Source of the DNA: Escherichia coli
GTDB lineage: Bacteria; Pseudomonadota; Gammaproteobacteria; Enterobacterales; Enterobacteriaceae
NCBI RefSeq assembly: GCF_003334405.1
Contig: NZ_QOWM01000005.1
Length of the DNA: 64,000 bases
Direction: 5' to 3' (one strand)
The translations under genes and the position numbers were made by a program. Positions 1 through 10,444 of this stretch are shown here, piece by piece (the stretch's first letter is position 1; the number at the start of each line of letters is the position of its first letter). Below the pieces are notes generated by a model that ran no database searches, was not told the origin of the DNA, and saw only the letters and a program-made list of their open reading frames with translations.

Positions 1-166
1 TTATCGTGAGAGTAATTCATCGGCACGTTAAATCATATCAGGCGTAATACCACAACCCTTAAGTTAGCGCTTATGGGAGTGATCCCCGCCACTTTACAGG
101 TGCTCGCATATCTTCAACGCACCCTATTTTTACCCAGGCCTGCCCACGGGCAGGCTTTTGGGGAGG

Positions 167-1297
167 TTAGCGGGTCAGGTCGTCAAAAAACTTCTTCACA
201 CCATCAAAGAAGCTCTTTGAGCGCGGGCTGTTGTGCTCGCCGGTTGGGCCACCGAAGCTTTCTTGCAGCTCTTGCAGCAGCTGTTTCTGCTTTTCGTTCA
301 GGCCTACCGGTGTTTCGACGACAACGCGGCACAGCAAATCACCCTGTGCGCCACCGCGGACAGACTTGACGCCTTTACCGCGCATACGGAATAGCTTACC
401 GGTCTGGGTTTCGCCAGGCACTTTCAGTTTGACGCGACCATCAAGGGTCGGTACTTCGATTTCGCCACCCAGCGCCGCCATAGCGAAGTTGATCGGGACT
501 TCGCAATACAGGTTGTTGCCTTCACGCTCGAAAATCGGGTGCTGTTTAACCTGAACCTGAACGTACAGATCGCCTGCCGGTGCGCCATGCTCGCCCGCTT
601 CACCTTCGCCCGCAAGACGGATGCGGTCTCCAGTGTCCACCCCTGCCGGGATTTTAACGGACAGCGTTTTGCTACGCTCAACACGACCATGACCATGACA
701 TTTGTTGCACGGATCTTTGATCAGCGTACCGCGGCCCTGACAGTGTGGACAGGTCTGCTGTACAGCGAAGAATCCCTGGCGCATCTGCACCTGACCAGAA
801 CCATGACAGGTCGGACAGGTCTGCGGCTGTGTACCTGGTTTTGCACCGCTACCGTGGCAAACGTCACACTCTTCCAGAGTCGGAATGCGGATCTCTTTGG
901 TCACGCCACGTACAGCTTCTTCGAGGGTGAGCTCCATGTTATAGCGTAAATCAGCACCGCGCGCCGCACGTTGACGACCACGTCCGCCGCCAAAAATATC
1001 GCCGAAAACGTCACCAAAAATATCGCTGAAGTCTGCGCCGCCGCCAAAACCGCCGCCGCCCATGCCACCTTGCTCAAACGCAGCATGACCATACTGATCG
1101 TATGCCGCACGTTTTTGCGAGTCGGTCAGAACTTCATAAGCTTCCTTGATCTCTTTAAATTTCGCCTCGGCCTCTTTGTCACCCTGGTTACGGTCCGGGT
1201 GGTATTTCATGGCCAGGCGTTTGTAGGCCTTTCTGATTTCACGCTCTTCCGCTGTTTTGGAAACGCCTAAAATCTCGTAATAATCTTGCTTAGCCAT
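167..1297 (-). CDS. dnaJ: Chaperone DnaJ (Hsp40); start moved to internal ATG ([12 protein letters not shown]...), 376 aa
   Basis: ORF track 167..1327 translation has J-domain, Gly/Phe-rich linker and four CxxCxGxG zinc-finger repeats; directly downstream of dnaK on the same strand. Confidence 0.95.
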   Translation of the reverse strand: MAKQDYYEILGVSKTAEEREIRKAYKRLAMKYHPDRNQGDKEAEAKFKEIKEAYEVLTDSQKRAAYDQYGHAAFEQGGMGGGGFGGGADFSDIFGDVFGDIFGGGRGRQRAARGADLRYNMELTLEEAVRGVTKEIRIPTLEECDVCHGSGAKPGTQPQTCPTCHGSGQVQMRQGFFAVQQTCPHCQGRGTLIKDPCNKCHGHGRVERSKTLSVKIPAGVDTGDRIRLAGEGEAGEHGAPAGDLYVQVQVKQHPIFEREGNNLYCEVPINFAMAALGGEIEVPTLDGRVKLKVPGETQTGKLFRMRGKGVKSVRGGAQGDLLCRVVVETPVGLNEKQKQLLQELQESFGGPTGEHNSPRSKSFFDGVKKFFDDLTR

Positions 1298-1385
1298 CTT
1301 TTTTAAATTGCCCCTAGATGAATGCACGGGCGGAGAGGAAATTCCCCTTCGCCCGTGTCAGTATAATTACCCGTTTATAGGGCGA
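1298..1385 (-). other. dnaK-dnaJ intercistronic stem-loop (8-bp stem cacgggcg/cgcccgtg around 1325-1357)
   Basis: Inverted repeat read directly in the 88-bp gap between the two co-directional genes; no U-run follows on the transcribed strand, so not a terminator. Confidence 0.4.
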
Positions 1386-3302
1386 TTATTTTTTGTCTTT
1401 GACTTCTTCAAATTCAGCGTCGACAACATCGTCATCTTTCGCGTTGTTTGCAGAAGCATCAGCACCGGCAGTCTGCTGCTGGGCATGTTGCTGCTGGGCG
1501 ATTTCCATCAGTTTCTGGGAAACCTGTGCCAGTTCCTGCATTTTCGCTTCGATAGCGGCTTTGTCTTCACCTTTCAGAGCAGTTTCCAGTGCAGTCAGCG
1601 CAGACTCGATAGCAGTTTTGTCGTCAGCCGGCAGTTTGTCGCCTGCTTCTTCAACCTGCTTACGGGTGCTGTGCAGCAGATGGTCGCCCTGGTTGCGAGT
1701 CTGTACCAGCTCTTCAAACTTACGATCAGCTTCGGCGTTAGCTTCTGCGTCGCGTACCATTTTCTGGATTTCATCTTCGTTCAGACCAGAAGAAGCCTTG
1801 ATGGTGATCTTCTGCTCTTTACCGCTGTTTTTATCTTTCGCGGAAACGTGCAGGATACCGTCAGCATCGATATCGAAGGTAACTTCGATCTGCGGCATGC
1901 CGCGCGGTGCCGGGTTGATACCATCCAGGTTGAACTGACCCAGAGATTTGTTATCAGCCGCACGTTTACGTTCACCCTGCAGCACATGGATGGTTACCGC
2001 AGACTGGTTGTCTTCAGCGGTAGAGAACACCTGGCTGTGCTTGGTCGGGATAGTGGTGTTTTTCGCGATCAGCGTCGTCATCACACCGCCCATGGTTTCG
2101 ATACCCAGAGACAGCGGGGTAACGTCCAGCAGCAGTACGTCTTTTACGTCACCAGTCAAAACACCACCCTGAACAGCAGCACCGATTGCTACAGCTTCGT
2201 CCGGGTTAACGTCTTTACGCGGCTCTTTACCAAAGAACTCAGCAACTTTCTTCTGAACCATTGGCATACGAGTCTGACCACCAACGAGGATAACGTCGTC
2301 GATATCAGATACGGACAGGCCAGCGTCCTGCAGTGCAACTTTCAGCGGCTCAATGGAACGGTTTACCAGATCTTCAACCAGGCTTTCCAGTTTCGCACGA
2401 GTCACTTTGATGTTCATGTGTTTCGGACCGGTCGCGTCTGCAGTGATGTATGGCAGGTTAACGTCGGTCTGCTGAGCGGAAGACAGTTCGATTTTCGCTT
2501 TTTCTGCCGCTTCTTTCAGGCGCTGCATTGCCAGCGGATCGTTGCGCAGGTCAATGCCCTGATCTTTCTTGAATTCTTCAACCAGATAGTTGATCAGACG
2601 GCTGTCGAAGTCTTCACCCCCCAGGTGGGTATCACCGTTGGTTGCCAGAACTTCGAAGGTTTTTTCGCCGTCAACTTCGTCGATTTCGATAATAGAAATA
2701 TCGAAAGTACCACCACCCAGGTCATAAACCGCGATAGTACGGTTGCCAGTGCCTTTGTCCAGACCGTAAGCCAGCGCAGCTGCGGTCGGTTCGTTGATGA
2801 TACGTTTTACTTCCAGACCAGCGATACGGCCTGCGTCTTTGGTTGCCTGACGCTGAGCATCGTTAAAGTATGCCGGTACGGTGATAACAGCTTCAGTTAC
2901 CGGTTCACCCAGGTAATCTTCAGCGGTTTTCTTCATTTTTTTCAGCACTTCAGCAGAAATCTGCGGCGGTGCCATTTTCTGGCCTTTAACTTCGACCCAT
3001 GCGTCGCCGTTATCAGCAGCAATAATTTTGAACGGCATGATGGAAACATCACGCTGTACTTCTTCGTCCTGGAAGCGGCGGCCAATCAGGCGTTTAATCG
3101 CAAACAGGGTGTTTTGCGGGTTCGTCACTGCCTGACGTTTAGCCGGCTGACCAACCAGAGTTTCACCATCCTGGGTATAGGCAATGATAGAAGGCGTGGT
3201 GCGATCGCCTTCGGCGTTCTCCAGCACACGAGGAGTGGTGCCATCCATAATCGCTACACAAGAGTTGGTAGTACCCAGGTCGATACCAATTATTTTACCC
3301 AT
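1386..3302 (-). CDS. dnaK: Chaperone DnaK (Hsp70), 638 aa
   Basis: Translation begins [17 protein letters not shown] and carries Hsp70 signatures throughout. Confidence 0.97.
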
Positions 3303-3422
3303 CTAAACGTCTCCACTATATATTCGGTCATCATGTGGTTGTGAGTCTGTAATAGGGGCGAAACGTCTGGTTTCAACTGCCCAATTTCATTTTTTTGCAG
3401 ACTCACTCACTGCGGTTGACTA

Positions 3423-3460
3423 CTAAATGGGGTCGTAACCCACGTCATCAAGGGGGAGAT
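3423..3460 (-). promoter_or_regulatory. Putative sigma32 heat-shock promoter of dnaK (-35 CCCTTGATG, -10 CCCCATTTA on minus strand)
   Basis: Minus-strand sequence tctcccccttgatgacgtgggttacgaccccatttag matches the sigma32 consensus and lies about 120-160 bp upstream of the dnaK start. Confidence 0.55.
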
Positions 3461-3678
3461 GCAAAAATTTTTTGTGCTTTTGCGCAGAAATTTCGCGATA
3501 TGGCAGGACAAGACGTAAAATTGACAGCAATTTTATTCATATAAAGAATGAATCGCAGCCAAGGCATTCATCAAAAAATTGTAATAAAAAGAAAAGATTA
3601 CGTGCCTGAATCTTCTCTTTATCAGCAGTAAACTAGTGGGTATTCATCCCCCTACCTCTTCCCACTAAGAGAATCCTT

Positions 3679-4083
3679 ATGAAATCCGTTTTTACGATTT
3701 CCGCCAGCCTGGCGATTAGCCTGATGCTGTGCTGCACGGCGCAGGCAAACGACCATAAACTCCTCGGCGCCATTGCAATGCCGCGTAACGAAACCAACGA
3801 TCTGGCGCTGAAACTTCCTGTTTGTCGCATTGTGAAACGCATACAACTCTCTGCCGACCATGGCGATTTACAGTTAAGCGGTGCATCGGTTTATTTCAAA
3901 GCCGCCCGTAGCGCCAGTCAGAGCCTGAATATTCCTTCAGAAATAAAAGAAGGGCAAACCACTGACTGGATCAACATTAACAGCGATAACGACAATAAAC
4001 GCTGCGTCTCAAAAATCACCTTTTCGGGTCATACGGTGAACTCATCGGATATGGCCACGCTGAAAATTATCGGCGACGACTAA
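3679..4083 (+). CDS. yaaI: Conserved protein of unknown function (DUF2541) with N-terminal signal peptide, 134 aa
   Basis: ORF track translation; hydrophobic N-terminus [23 protein letters not shown]; position next to dnaK. Confidence 0.85.
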   Translation: MKSVFTISASLAISLMLCCTAQANDHKLLGAIAMPRNETNDLALKLPVCRIVKRIQLSADHGDLQLSGASVYFKAARSASQSLNIPSEIKEGQTTDWININSDNDNKRCVSKITFSGHTVNSSDMATLKIIGDD

Positions 4084-4108
4084 CGCCAGAATATAGAAGC
4101 CACAAAAA

Positions 4109-4822
4109 ATGAATGTTAATTACCTGAATGATTCAGATCTGGATTTTCTTCAGCATTGTAGTGAGGAACAGTTGGCAAATTTCGCCCGATTGCTCACCCA
4201 TAATGAAAAAGGCAAAACTCGCCTCTCCAGCGTCCTGATGCGCAACGAACTGTTTAAATCGATGGAAGGGCATCCCGAGCAACATCGCCGCAACTGGCAG
4301 CTGATTGCCGGAGAATTACAGCATTTTGGTGGCGATAGTATCGCCAACAAACTGCGCGGACACGGTAAATTGTATCGGGCCATTTTGCTCGATGTTTCAA
4401 AGCGATTGAAGCTGAAAGCCGACAAAGAGATGTCTACGTTTGAAATTGAGCAACAGTTACTGGAACAATTTCTGCGTAATACCTGGAAGAAAATGGACGA
4501 GGAACATAAGCAGGAGTTTCTGCACGCGGTCGATGCCAGGGTGAATGAGCTGGAAGAGCTGCTGCCGCTGCTGATGAAAGACAAATTATTGGCAAAAGGT
4601 GTGTCGCATTTGCTTTCCAGCCAACTGACCCGCATTTTACGCACCCACGCAGCAATGAGCGTACTTGAGCATGGTTTGCTGCGCGGCGCGGGGCTGGGAG
4701 GCCCTGTAGGTGCGGCACTAAATGGGGTTAAAGCGGTCAGCGGCAGCGCCTATCGCGTGACGATTCCAGCCGTACTGCAAATCGCCTGCCTGCGCCGGAT
4801 GGTTAGCGCCACTCAGGTCTGA
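4109..4822 (+). CDS. yaaW: Conserved protein of unknown function (DUF3944), 237 aa
   Basis: ORF track translation and position between yaaI and satP. Confidence 0.85.
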   Translation: MNVNYLNDSDLDFLQHCSEEQLANFARLLTHNEKGKTRLSSVLMRNELFKSMEGHPEQHRRNWQLIAGELQHFGGDSIANKLRGHGKLYRAILLDVSKRLKLKADKEMSTFEIEQQLLEQFLRNTWKKMDEEHKQEFLHAVDARVNELEELLPLLMKDKLLAKGVSHLLSSQLTRILRTHAAMSVLEHGLLRGAGLGGPVGAALNGVKAVSGSAYRVTIPAVLQIACLRRMVSATQV

Positions 4823-4970
4823 TACCGGAAACCGGGGAAAATTTTCATTTTCCCCTCAAAAGATCGTAGACACTGCCCCACTGGCTGATTATTATGCCGC
4901 GCCCTGAAAACACTACAGTTATTCAGGGAAATTATTTCACCATTCATTCGATGATGATTTTTGAGGAATT

Positions 4971-5537
4971 ATGGGCAACACTAAGTTGGCTAATCCGGCA
5001 CCGCTGGGCCTGATGGGCTTCGGCATGACCACCATTCTGCTTAACCTGCACAACGTGGGTTATTTCGCTCTGGACGGTATTATTCTTGCCATGGGCATTT
5101 TCTACGGCGGCATCGCGCAAATTTTTGCTGGTCTGCTGGAGTACAAAAAAGGCAACACTTTCGGTTTAACCGCATTCACCTCTTACGGTTCTTTCTGGCT
5201 GACGCTGGTTGCGATTCTGCTGATGCCGAAACTGGGTCTGACCGATGCGCCAAATGCACAGTTCCTTGGTGTCTACCTGGGTCTGTGGGGCGTATTTACG
5301 CTGTTTATGTTCTTCGGCACGCTGAAAGGCGCACGCGTTCTGCAATTCGTTTTCTTTAGCCTGACCGTGCTGTTTGCCCTGCTGGCGATCGGTAACATTG
5401 CCGGTAACGCCGCAATCATCCACTTTGCCGGCTGGATTGGGCTGATCTGCGGTGCCAGCGCAATCTATCTGGCGATGGGTGAAGTACTGAACGAGCAGTT
5501 TGGTCGCACCGTTCTGCCGATTGGTGAATCCCACTAA
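4971..5537 (+). CDS. satP: Succinate-acetate/proton symporter, GPR1/FUN34/YaaH family, 188 aa
   Basis: Translation is a six-helix membrane protein with the NPAPLGL motif typical of this family. Confidence 0.92.
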   Translation: MGNTKLANPAPLGLMGFGMTTILLNLHNVGYFALDGIILAMGIFYGGIAQIFAGLLEYKKGNTFGLTAFTSYGSFWLTLVAILLMPKLGLTDAPNAQFLGVYLGLWGVFTLFMFFGTLKGARVLQFVFFSLTVLFALLAIGNIAGNAAIIHFAGWIGLICGASAIYLAMGEVLNEQFGRTVLPIGESH

Positions 5538-5547
5538 TTGTTTTGAG

Positions 5548-5574
5548 ATCCCCCCGCTCGGGGGGATTTTTTTA
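5548..5574 (+). terminator. Rho-independent terminator after satP (GC stem tcccccc/gggggga followed by a T-run)
   Basis: Hairpin and T-tract read directly after the satP stop codon. Confidence 0.6.
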
Positions 5575-6159
5575 TTCGCTAACGTCGCGTCTTGCACTCT
5601 TCGGTCTGAATGCTGCAACCACTTCCGGTGCCGTTTCAACGTATGGCCCTTCCAGCAACTGAATGCAGTACGGTACGCTGGCAAAAATACCGTGTACCAC
5701 AACGTTACCCTCAGCGTCCTTCACACCTTCCAGCGTCTCTTTAATAGACTTCGGCTGACCGGGTAAGTTAAGGATCAGCGCCTGTTTGCGAATCACGCCC
5801 ACCTGACGCGAAAGGATCGCAGTTGGTACAAAATGCAGGCTGATCTGGCGCATCTGTTCACCAAAGCCAGGCATCTCGCGGTCCGCTACTGCCAGCGTCG
5901 CATCGGGCGTTACGTCACGACGCGCCGGGCCAGTTCCGCCCGTGGTGAGCACCAGATGGCAACTCATTTCATCCACCAGCTCACACAACGTTTGCTCGAT
6001 GATCGCCTGCTCATCGGGGATTAAGCGGGTTTCCAGTTCAAACGGCGTGGTTAGCGCCGATGTCAGCCATTCTTCCAGCGCAGGGATGCCTTTATCCTGA
6101 TAAACGCCGCTGGATGCGCGATCAGAGATGGAAACTAAGCCAATACGTAAAGTATTCAT
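5572..6159 (-). CDS. mog: Molybdopterin adenylyltransferase (MogA), 195 aa from second Met
   Basis: ORF track 5572..6162 translation MMNTLRIGLVSISDRASSGVY... with the GGTG motif. Confidence 0.92.
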   Translation of the reverse strand: MNTLRIGLVSISDRASSGVYQDKGIPALEEWLTSALTTPFELETRLIPDEQAIIEQTLCELVDEMSCHLVLTTGGTGPARRDVTPDATLAVADREMPGFGEQMRQISLHFVPTAILSRQVGVIRKQALILNLPGQPKSIKETLEGVKDAEGNVVVHGIFASVPYCIQLLEGPYVETAPEVVAAFRPKSARRDVSE

Positions 6160-6273
6160 CAAGATTTTTCCGTTTAAACAGTCTCGTTAAACAGAATGAT
6201 ACACTGCGAAGGGAGTGACAGACAGGCTTCAGAAGAGGTAGCGTGACCGACTTCCCGGTCACGCTAAGAATGA

Positions 6274-7227
6274 TTACAGCAGATCGCCGATCATTTTTTC
6301 CAGTTTTTCCTGGTCAATAGCAAACTTACGGATACCTTCCGCCAGTTTATCTACTGCCATTGGATCCTGGTTGTGCTGCCACAGGAACTCGGACTCAGTG
6401 ATACGCGCCGGACGCGCTTTCACTTCGCCGGTGTAAGACAGTTTACGTTCGATAGCCCCTTCGCTCTCCGCCAGCTCTTTCAGCAGTGCCGGTGCGATGG
6501 TCAGACGGTCGCAGCCTGCCAGTTCCAGAATTTCGCCGATGTTACGGAAGCTTGCGCCCATAACCACGGTTTCATAACCGTGCTCTTTGTAGTACTGGTA
6601 GATTTCAGATACAGAAACCACGCCCGGATCTTCTGCCGGAGCGTACTCTTTCTTATCGGTATTCGCTTTGTACCAGTCAAGAATACGGCCAACAAACGGC
6701 GAGATCAGGAACACGCCCGCTTCCGCACAAGCACGAGCCTGAGCGAAGGAGAACAGCAGGGTCAGGTTACAGTTGATGCCTTCTTTTTCCAGCTGTTCTG
6801 CAGCACGGATACCCTGCCAGGTAGAAGCCAGTTTGATCAGAATACGATCGTTGCTAATACCAGCATCGTTGTAGAGTTTGATCAGGCGTTTTGCTTTCGC
6901 AATTGACGCTTCGGTGTCATAGGAAAGACGCGCATCAACTTCAGTTGAGATACGGCCCGGAACCAGTTTCAGGATTTCCAGACCAATATTTACTGCCAGT
7001 TTGTCGGTCGCGTCCACGATCTGCTGCGCGCGATCGTTGCTCTGCTGTTTCGCCCAGGCGACAGCATCATCAATCAACTTACGGTATTCCGGAATCTGCG
7101 CTGCGTTAAGAATGAGAGAAGGGTTGGTTGTGGCATCCTGCGGTTGATACAGCTTCATTGCCGCGATGTCCCCAGTGTCGGCCACTACGGTGGTGTACTG
7201 ACGAAGGGAGGTCAATTTGTCCGTCAT
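6274..7227 (-). CDS. talB: Transaldolase B; start moved to internal ATG ([10 protein letters not shown]...), 317 aa
   Basis: ORF track 6274..7290 translation contains the transaldolase sequence; internal Met gives the canonical length. Confidence 0.95.
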
Positions 7228-7505
7228 GATAGTATTTCTCTTTAAACAGCTTGTTAGGGGGATGTAACCGGTCTGCCCTGATGATATCACGACGCAACGT
7301 CAGCGCAACCGCCGACAAGACGGTTATCGCCAGGCGAGACTGTTTCGGATTTCTGACACTGCGTTGATATCGCCCGCCATTTTTATACAAAACCTCATGT
7401 ATGCTACGCAGAAGTTATCAAGTACCTCGTAGCGTATATACTTCTTAAACAATTGGTAACGTTTACACAGGAAAGTCATCGCGACCGGCAATAAGAGGGA
7501 TATGC

Positions 7506-8936
7506 ATGCCAGATTTTTTCTCCTTTATTAACAGCGTCCTTTGGGGATCGGTAATGATTTACCTGCTCTTCGGCGCAGGTTGTTGGTTCACTTTTCGCAC
7601 CGGATTTGTGCAGTTTCGCTACATCCGCCAGTTTGGCAAAAGTCTTAAAAATAGCATTCATCCACAGCCAGGCGGTTTAACCTCATTTCAGTCATTGTGT
7701 ACCAGTCTTGCGGCGCGCGTGGGTAGCGGCAACCTGGCCGGCGTTGCGCTGGCAATTACCGCCGGTGGACCTGGAGCCGTCTTCTGGATGTGGGTTGCCG
7801 CGTTTATCGGCATGGCGACCTCGTTTGCCGAATGTTCCCTCGCACAGCTTTATAAAGAACGTGATGCCAATGGGCAGTTTCGTGGCGGACCGGCATGGTA
7901 TATGGCGCGCGGGCTGGGGATGCGCTGGATGGGCGTTCTGTTCGCCGTCTTTTTGCTCATCGCCTACGGCATAATTTTCAGCGGAATTCAGGCGAACGCC
8001 GTTGCGCGAGCCCTGAGTTTTTCTTTTGATTTTCCCCCGCTGGTGACAGGTATTATTCTCGCTGTCTTTGCTCTGCTGGCGATCACTCGCGGTCTTCATG
8101 GCGTCGCCCGGCTCATGCAGGGGTTTGTCCCGTTGATGGCGATAATCTGGGTACTGACCAGCCTGGTGATTTGCGTAATGAATATCGGGCAACTTCCCCA
8201 CGTCATTTGGTCTATTTTTGAGAGTGCTTTTGGCTGGCAGGAAGCGGCAGGCGGCGCGGCGGGATATACCTTAAGCCAGGCGATTACTAACGGTTTTCAG
8301 CGCAGTATGTTTTCCAATGAGGCGGGAATGGGGTCGACGCCAAACGCGGCAGCGGCAGCGGCGTCCTGGCCTCCGCATCCGGCAGCGCAAGGGATTGTCC
8401 AGATGATTGGCATTTTTATCGACACCCTGGTCATCTGTACGGCAAGCGCCATGCTGATATTACTGGCGGGTAACGGCACAACCTACATGCCGCTGGAAGG
8501 TATTCAGCTTATCCAGAAGGCGATGCGGGTGCTAATGGGTTCCTGGGGTGCTGAGTTTGTTACCCTCGTGGTTATTCTGTTTGCCTTCAGCTCCATCGTT
8601 GCCAACTACATTTACGCCGAAAACAATCTCTTCTTTTTACGCCTGAACAACCCTAAAGCGATCTGGTGTTTGCGGATCTGCACCTTCGCAACGGTCATCG
8701 GCGGCACCTTGCTAAGTCTTCCGCTGATGTGGCAACTGGCAGATATCATAATGGCCTGCATGGCTATTACCAATTTGACCGCCATTTTACTGCTCTCGCC
8801 TGTGGTTCATACCATTGCCAGTGATTATCTACGCCAGCGTAAACTCGGCGTGCGCCCGGTGTTTGATCCGTTGCGTTATCCGGATATCGGCCGCCAGCTT
8901 TCTCCGGACGCGTGGGATGATGTTTCGCAGGAGTAA
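7506..8936 (+). CDS. yaaJ: Alanine/glycine:cation symporter (AGCS family), 476 aa
   Basis: Translation is a multi-pass membrane protein with AGCS-family character; position between talB and yaaA. Confidence 0.9.
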   Translation: MPDFFSFINSVLWGSVMIYLLFGAGCWFTFRTGFVQFRYIRQFGKSLKNSIHPQPGGLTSFQSLCTSLAARVGSGNLAGVALAITAGGPGAVFWMWVAAFIGMATSFAECSLAQLYKERDANGQFRGGPAWYMARGLGMRWMGVLFAVFLLIAYGIIFSGIQANAVARALSFSFDFPPLVTGIILAVFALLAITRGLHGVARLMQGFVPLMAIIWVLTSLVICVMNIGQLPHVIWSIFESAFGWQEAAGGAAGYTLSQAITNGFQRSMFSNEAGMGSTPNAAAAAASWPPHPAAQGIVQMIGIFIDTLVICTASAMLILLAGNGTTYMPLEGIQLIQKAMRVLMGSWGAEFVTLVVILFAFSSIVANYIYAENNLFFLRLNNPKAIWCLRICTFATVIGGTLLSLPLMWQLADIIMACMAITNLTAILLLSPVVHTIASDYLRQRKLGVRPVFDPLRYPDIGRQLSPDAWDDVSQE

Positions 8937-9005
8937 TCACAACTATCGATCAACTCATTCTCTTTTTTTGCTAAAGTCGGCATAAATTTCCTGCAAGGAC
9001 TGGAT

Positions 9006-9782
9006 ATGCTGATTCTTATTTCACCTGCGAAAACGCTTGATTACCAAAGCCCGTTGACCACCACGCGCTATACGCTGCCGGAGCTGTTAGACAATTCCCA
9101 GCAGTTGATCCATGAAGCGCGGAAACTGACGCCTCCGCAGATTAGCACGCTGATGCGCATCAGCGACAAACTGGCGGGTATCAACGCCGCTCGCTTTCAT
9201 GACTGGCAGCCAGATTTCACGCCGGAGAATGCCCGCCAGGCGATTCTGGCGTTTAAAGGTGATGTCTACACCGGCTTGCAGGCCGAAACCTTCAGCGAAG
9301 ACGATTTCGATTTTGCCCAACAGCATTTGCGAATGCTTTCCGGCTTGTATGGCGTACTGCGCCCGCTCGATTTAATGCAGCCTTATCGTCTGGAAATGGG
9401 GATCCGTCTTGAGAATGCCCGAGGGAAAGATCTGTATCAATTCTGGGGAGATATCATCACCAACAAGCTGAACGAGGCGCTCGCAGCACAAGGCGATAAT
9501 GTGGTGATTAATCTGGCGTCAGATGAGTATTTTAAATCGGTGAAGCCGAAGAAATTGAATGCCGAGATTATCAAGCCGGTGTTCCTCGATGAGAAGAACG
9601 GCAAATTTAAGATAATCAGCTTCTACGCTAAGAAAGCACGCGGTCTGATGAGTCGTTTTATTATTGAAAATCGGCTGACCAAACCAGAGCAACTGACTGG
9701 TTTTAATAGCGAAGGTTACTTCTTTGATGAAGCTTCCTCCAGCAATGGCGAACTGGTGTTTAAACGCTACGAGCAGCGTTAA
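9006..9782 (+). CDS. yaaA: Peroxide stress resistance protein YaaA (UPF0246/DUF328), 258 aa
   Basis: Translation begins [19 protein letters not shown]...; recognised family and position. Confidence 0.92.
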   Translation: MLILISPAKTLDYQSPLTTTRYTLPELLDNSQQLIHEARKLTPPQISTLMRISDKLAGINAARFHDWQPDFTPENARQAILAFKGDVYTGLQAETFSEDDFDFAQQHLRMLSGLYGVLRPLDLMQPYRLEMGIRLENARGKDLYQFWGDIITNKLNEALAAQGDNVVINLASDEYFKSVKPKKLNAEIIKPVFLDEKNGKFKIISFYAKKARGLMSRFIIENRLTKPEQLTGFNSEGYFFDEASSSNGELVFKRYEQR

Positions 9783-9794
9783 GTTTGCAGTCAA

Positions 9795-9915
9795 TGCCGG
9801 ATGCGGCGTGAACGCCTTATCCGGCCTACAAAAGCATGCAGATTCAATATATTGCAGAATTCACGTAGGCCTGATAAGACGCGCCAGCGTCGCATCAGGC
9901 GCTGAATGCCGGATT
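9795..9915. repeat. REP/BIME palindromic units (gccggatgcggcgtgaacgccttatccggcctac type)
   Basis: REP consensus present in both orientations in the yaaA-yaaX gap. Confidence 0.85.
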
Positions 9916-9934
9916 GTTACCCGGCATTTGTCAT

Positions 9935-10231
9935 TTAGCGGTGATGTTTGCCTGGACCATGACCGCCGTGATGATCATGATGAGCTTTCTTATGGTGACG
10001 CGGCGGTGGCGGCGGTCCGTGTGGGTGCCAGCGATTGCCTCGCCATTCATAATGTTGTTTCCACCAGCCGTGGTCGCGCCAGTGACCGCCATCCCAGTAA
10101 TAACCGCGATTATCACGATCGCCTATCTGTAATTTTACTGACGGGACTAACGTAATTTCCGCAGCCTGCGCTGCCATGGGAGCGACCAGAACCAGGGAAA
10201 GTGCGAGTACGATAGATTGCATCTTTTTCAC
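9935..10231 (-). CDS. yaaX: DUF2502 protein with signal peptide and His/Pro/Gly-rich C-terminal tail, 98 aa
   Basis: ORF track translation; position downstream of thrC. Confidence 0.85.
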   Translation of the reverse strand: MKKMQSIVLALSLVLVAPMAAQAAEITLVPSVKLQIGDRDNRGYYWDGGHWRDHGWWKQHYEWRGNRWHPHGPPPPPRHHKKAHHDHHGGHGPGKHHR

Positions 10232-10387
10232 AGGTTACTCCTTTTATCATTGCCCGTTATGGGTCGATATCCGGAGATTACGCGATGAGAACGGCGGTTG
10301 TTATTCTCCGCAATCCTAATCTCTAAGTTACCGCATTTATTGAGAATTTCTCCTTTTTCCCTGTCGTTTCTCTCCATATTTTCTTCA

Positions 10388-10422
10388 CAAAAAAGCCGGG
10401 CTGCATAAAAGCAAACCCGGCC
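10388..10422 (-). terminator. thr operon rho-independent terminator (gccggg...cccggc stem then T-run on minus strand)
   Basis: Hairpin immediately downstream of the thrC stop, read directly. Confidence 0.55.
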
Positions 10423-10444
10423 TGATTGAGATAATGAATAGATG

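Noticed and set aside
73-369. 98-aa plus-strand ORF at the window start and other 60-100-aa ORFs overlapping dnaJ
   Set aside because: They overlap the dnaJ coding region out of frame or antisense and have Arg/Ser/Cys-rich low-complexity translations typical of GC-rich off-frame reading.
1308-3344. 678-aa plus-strand ORF opposite dnaK, and similar long ORFs opposite other genes (for example 45505..46995 opposite prfC, 34509..35195 opposite deoD, 35353..36165 opposite deoB, 36442..37341 opposite deoA, 37972..38748 opposite deoC, 26440..26955 and 27730..28260 opposite ettA, 58095..58649 opposite opgB, 63090..63623 opposite tsr)
   Set aside because: Shadow ORFs on the antisense strand of highly expressed, codon-biased genes; their translations are low-complexity and have no recognisable family features, while the sense-strand genes are unambiguous.
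4150-4718. Minus-strand ORFs (164 aa and 94 aa) antisense to yaaW, reminiscent of the historical htgA/mbiA annotation
   Set aside because: Entirely embedded in the yaaW reading frame on the opposite strand, with no independent RBS or domain evidence visible; I cannot support them as genes from sequence.
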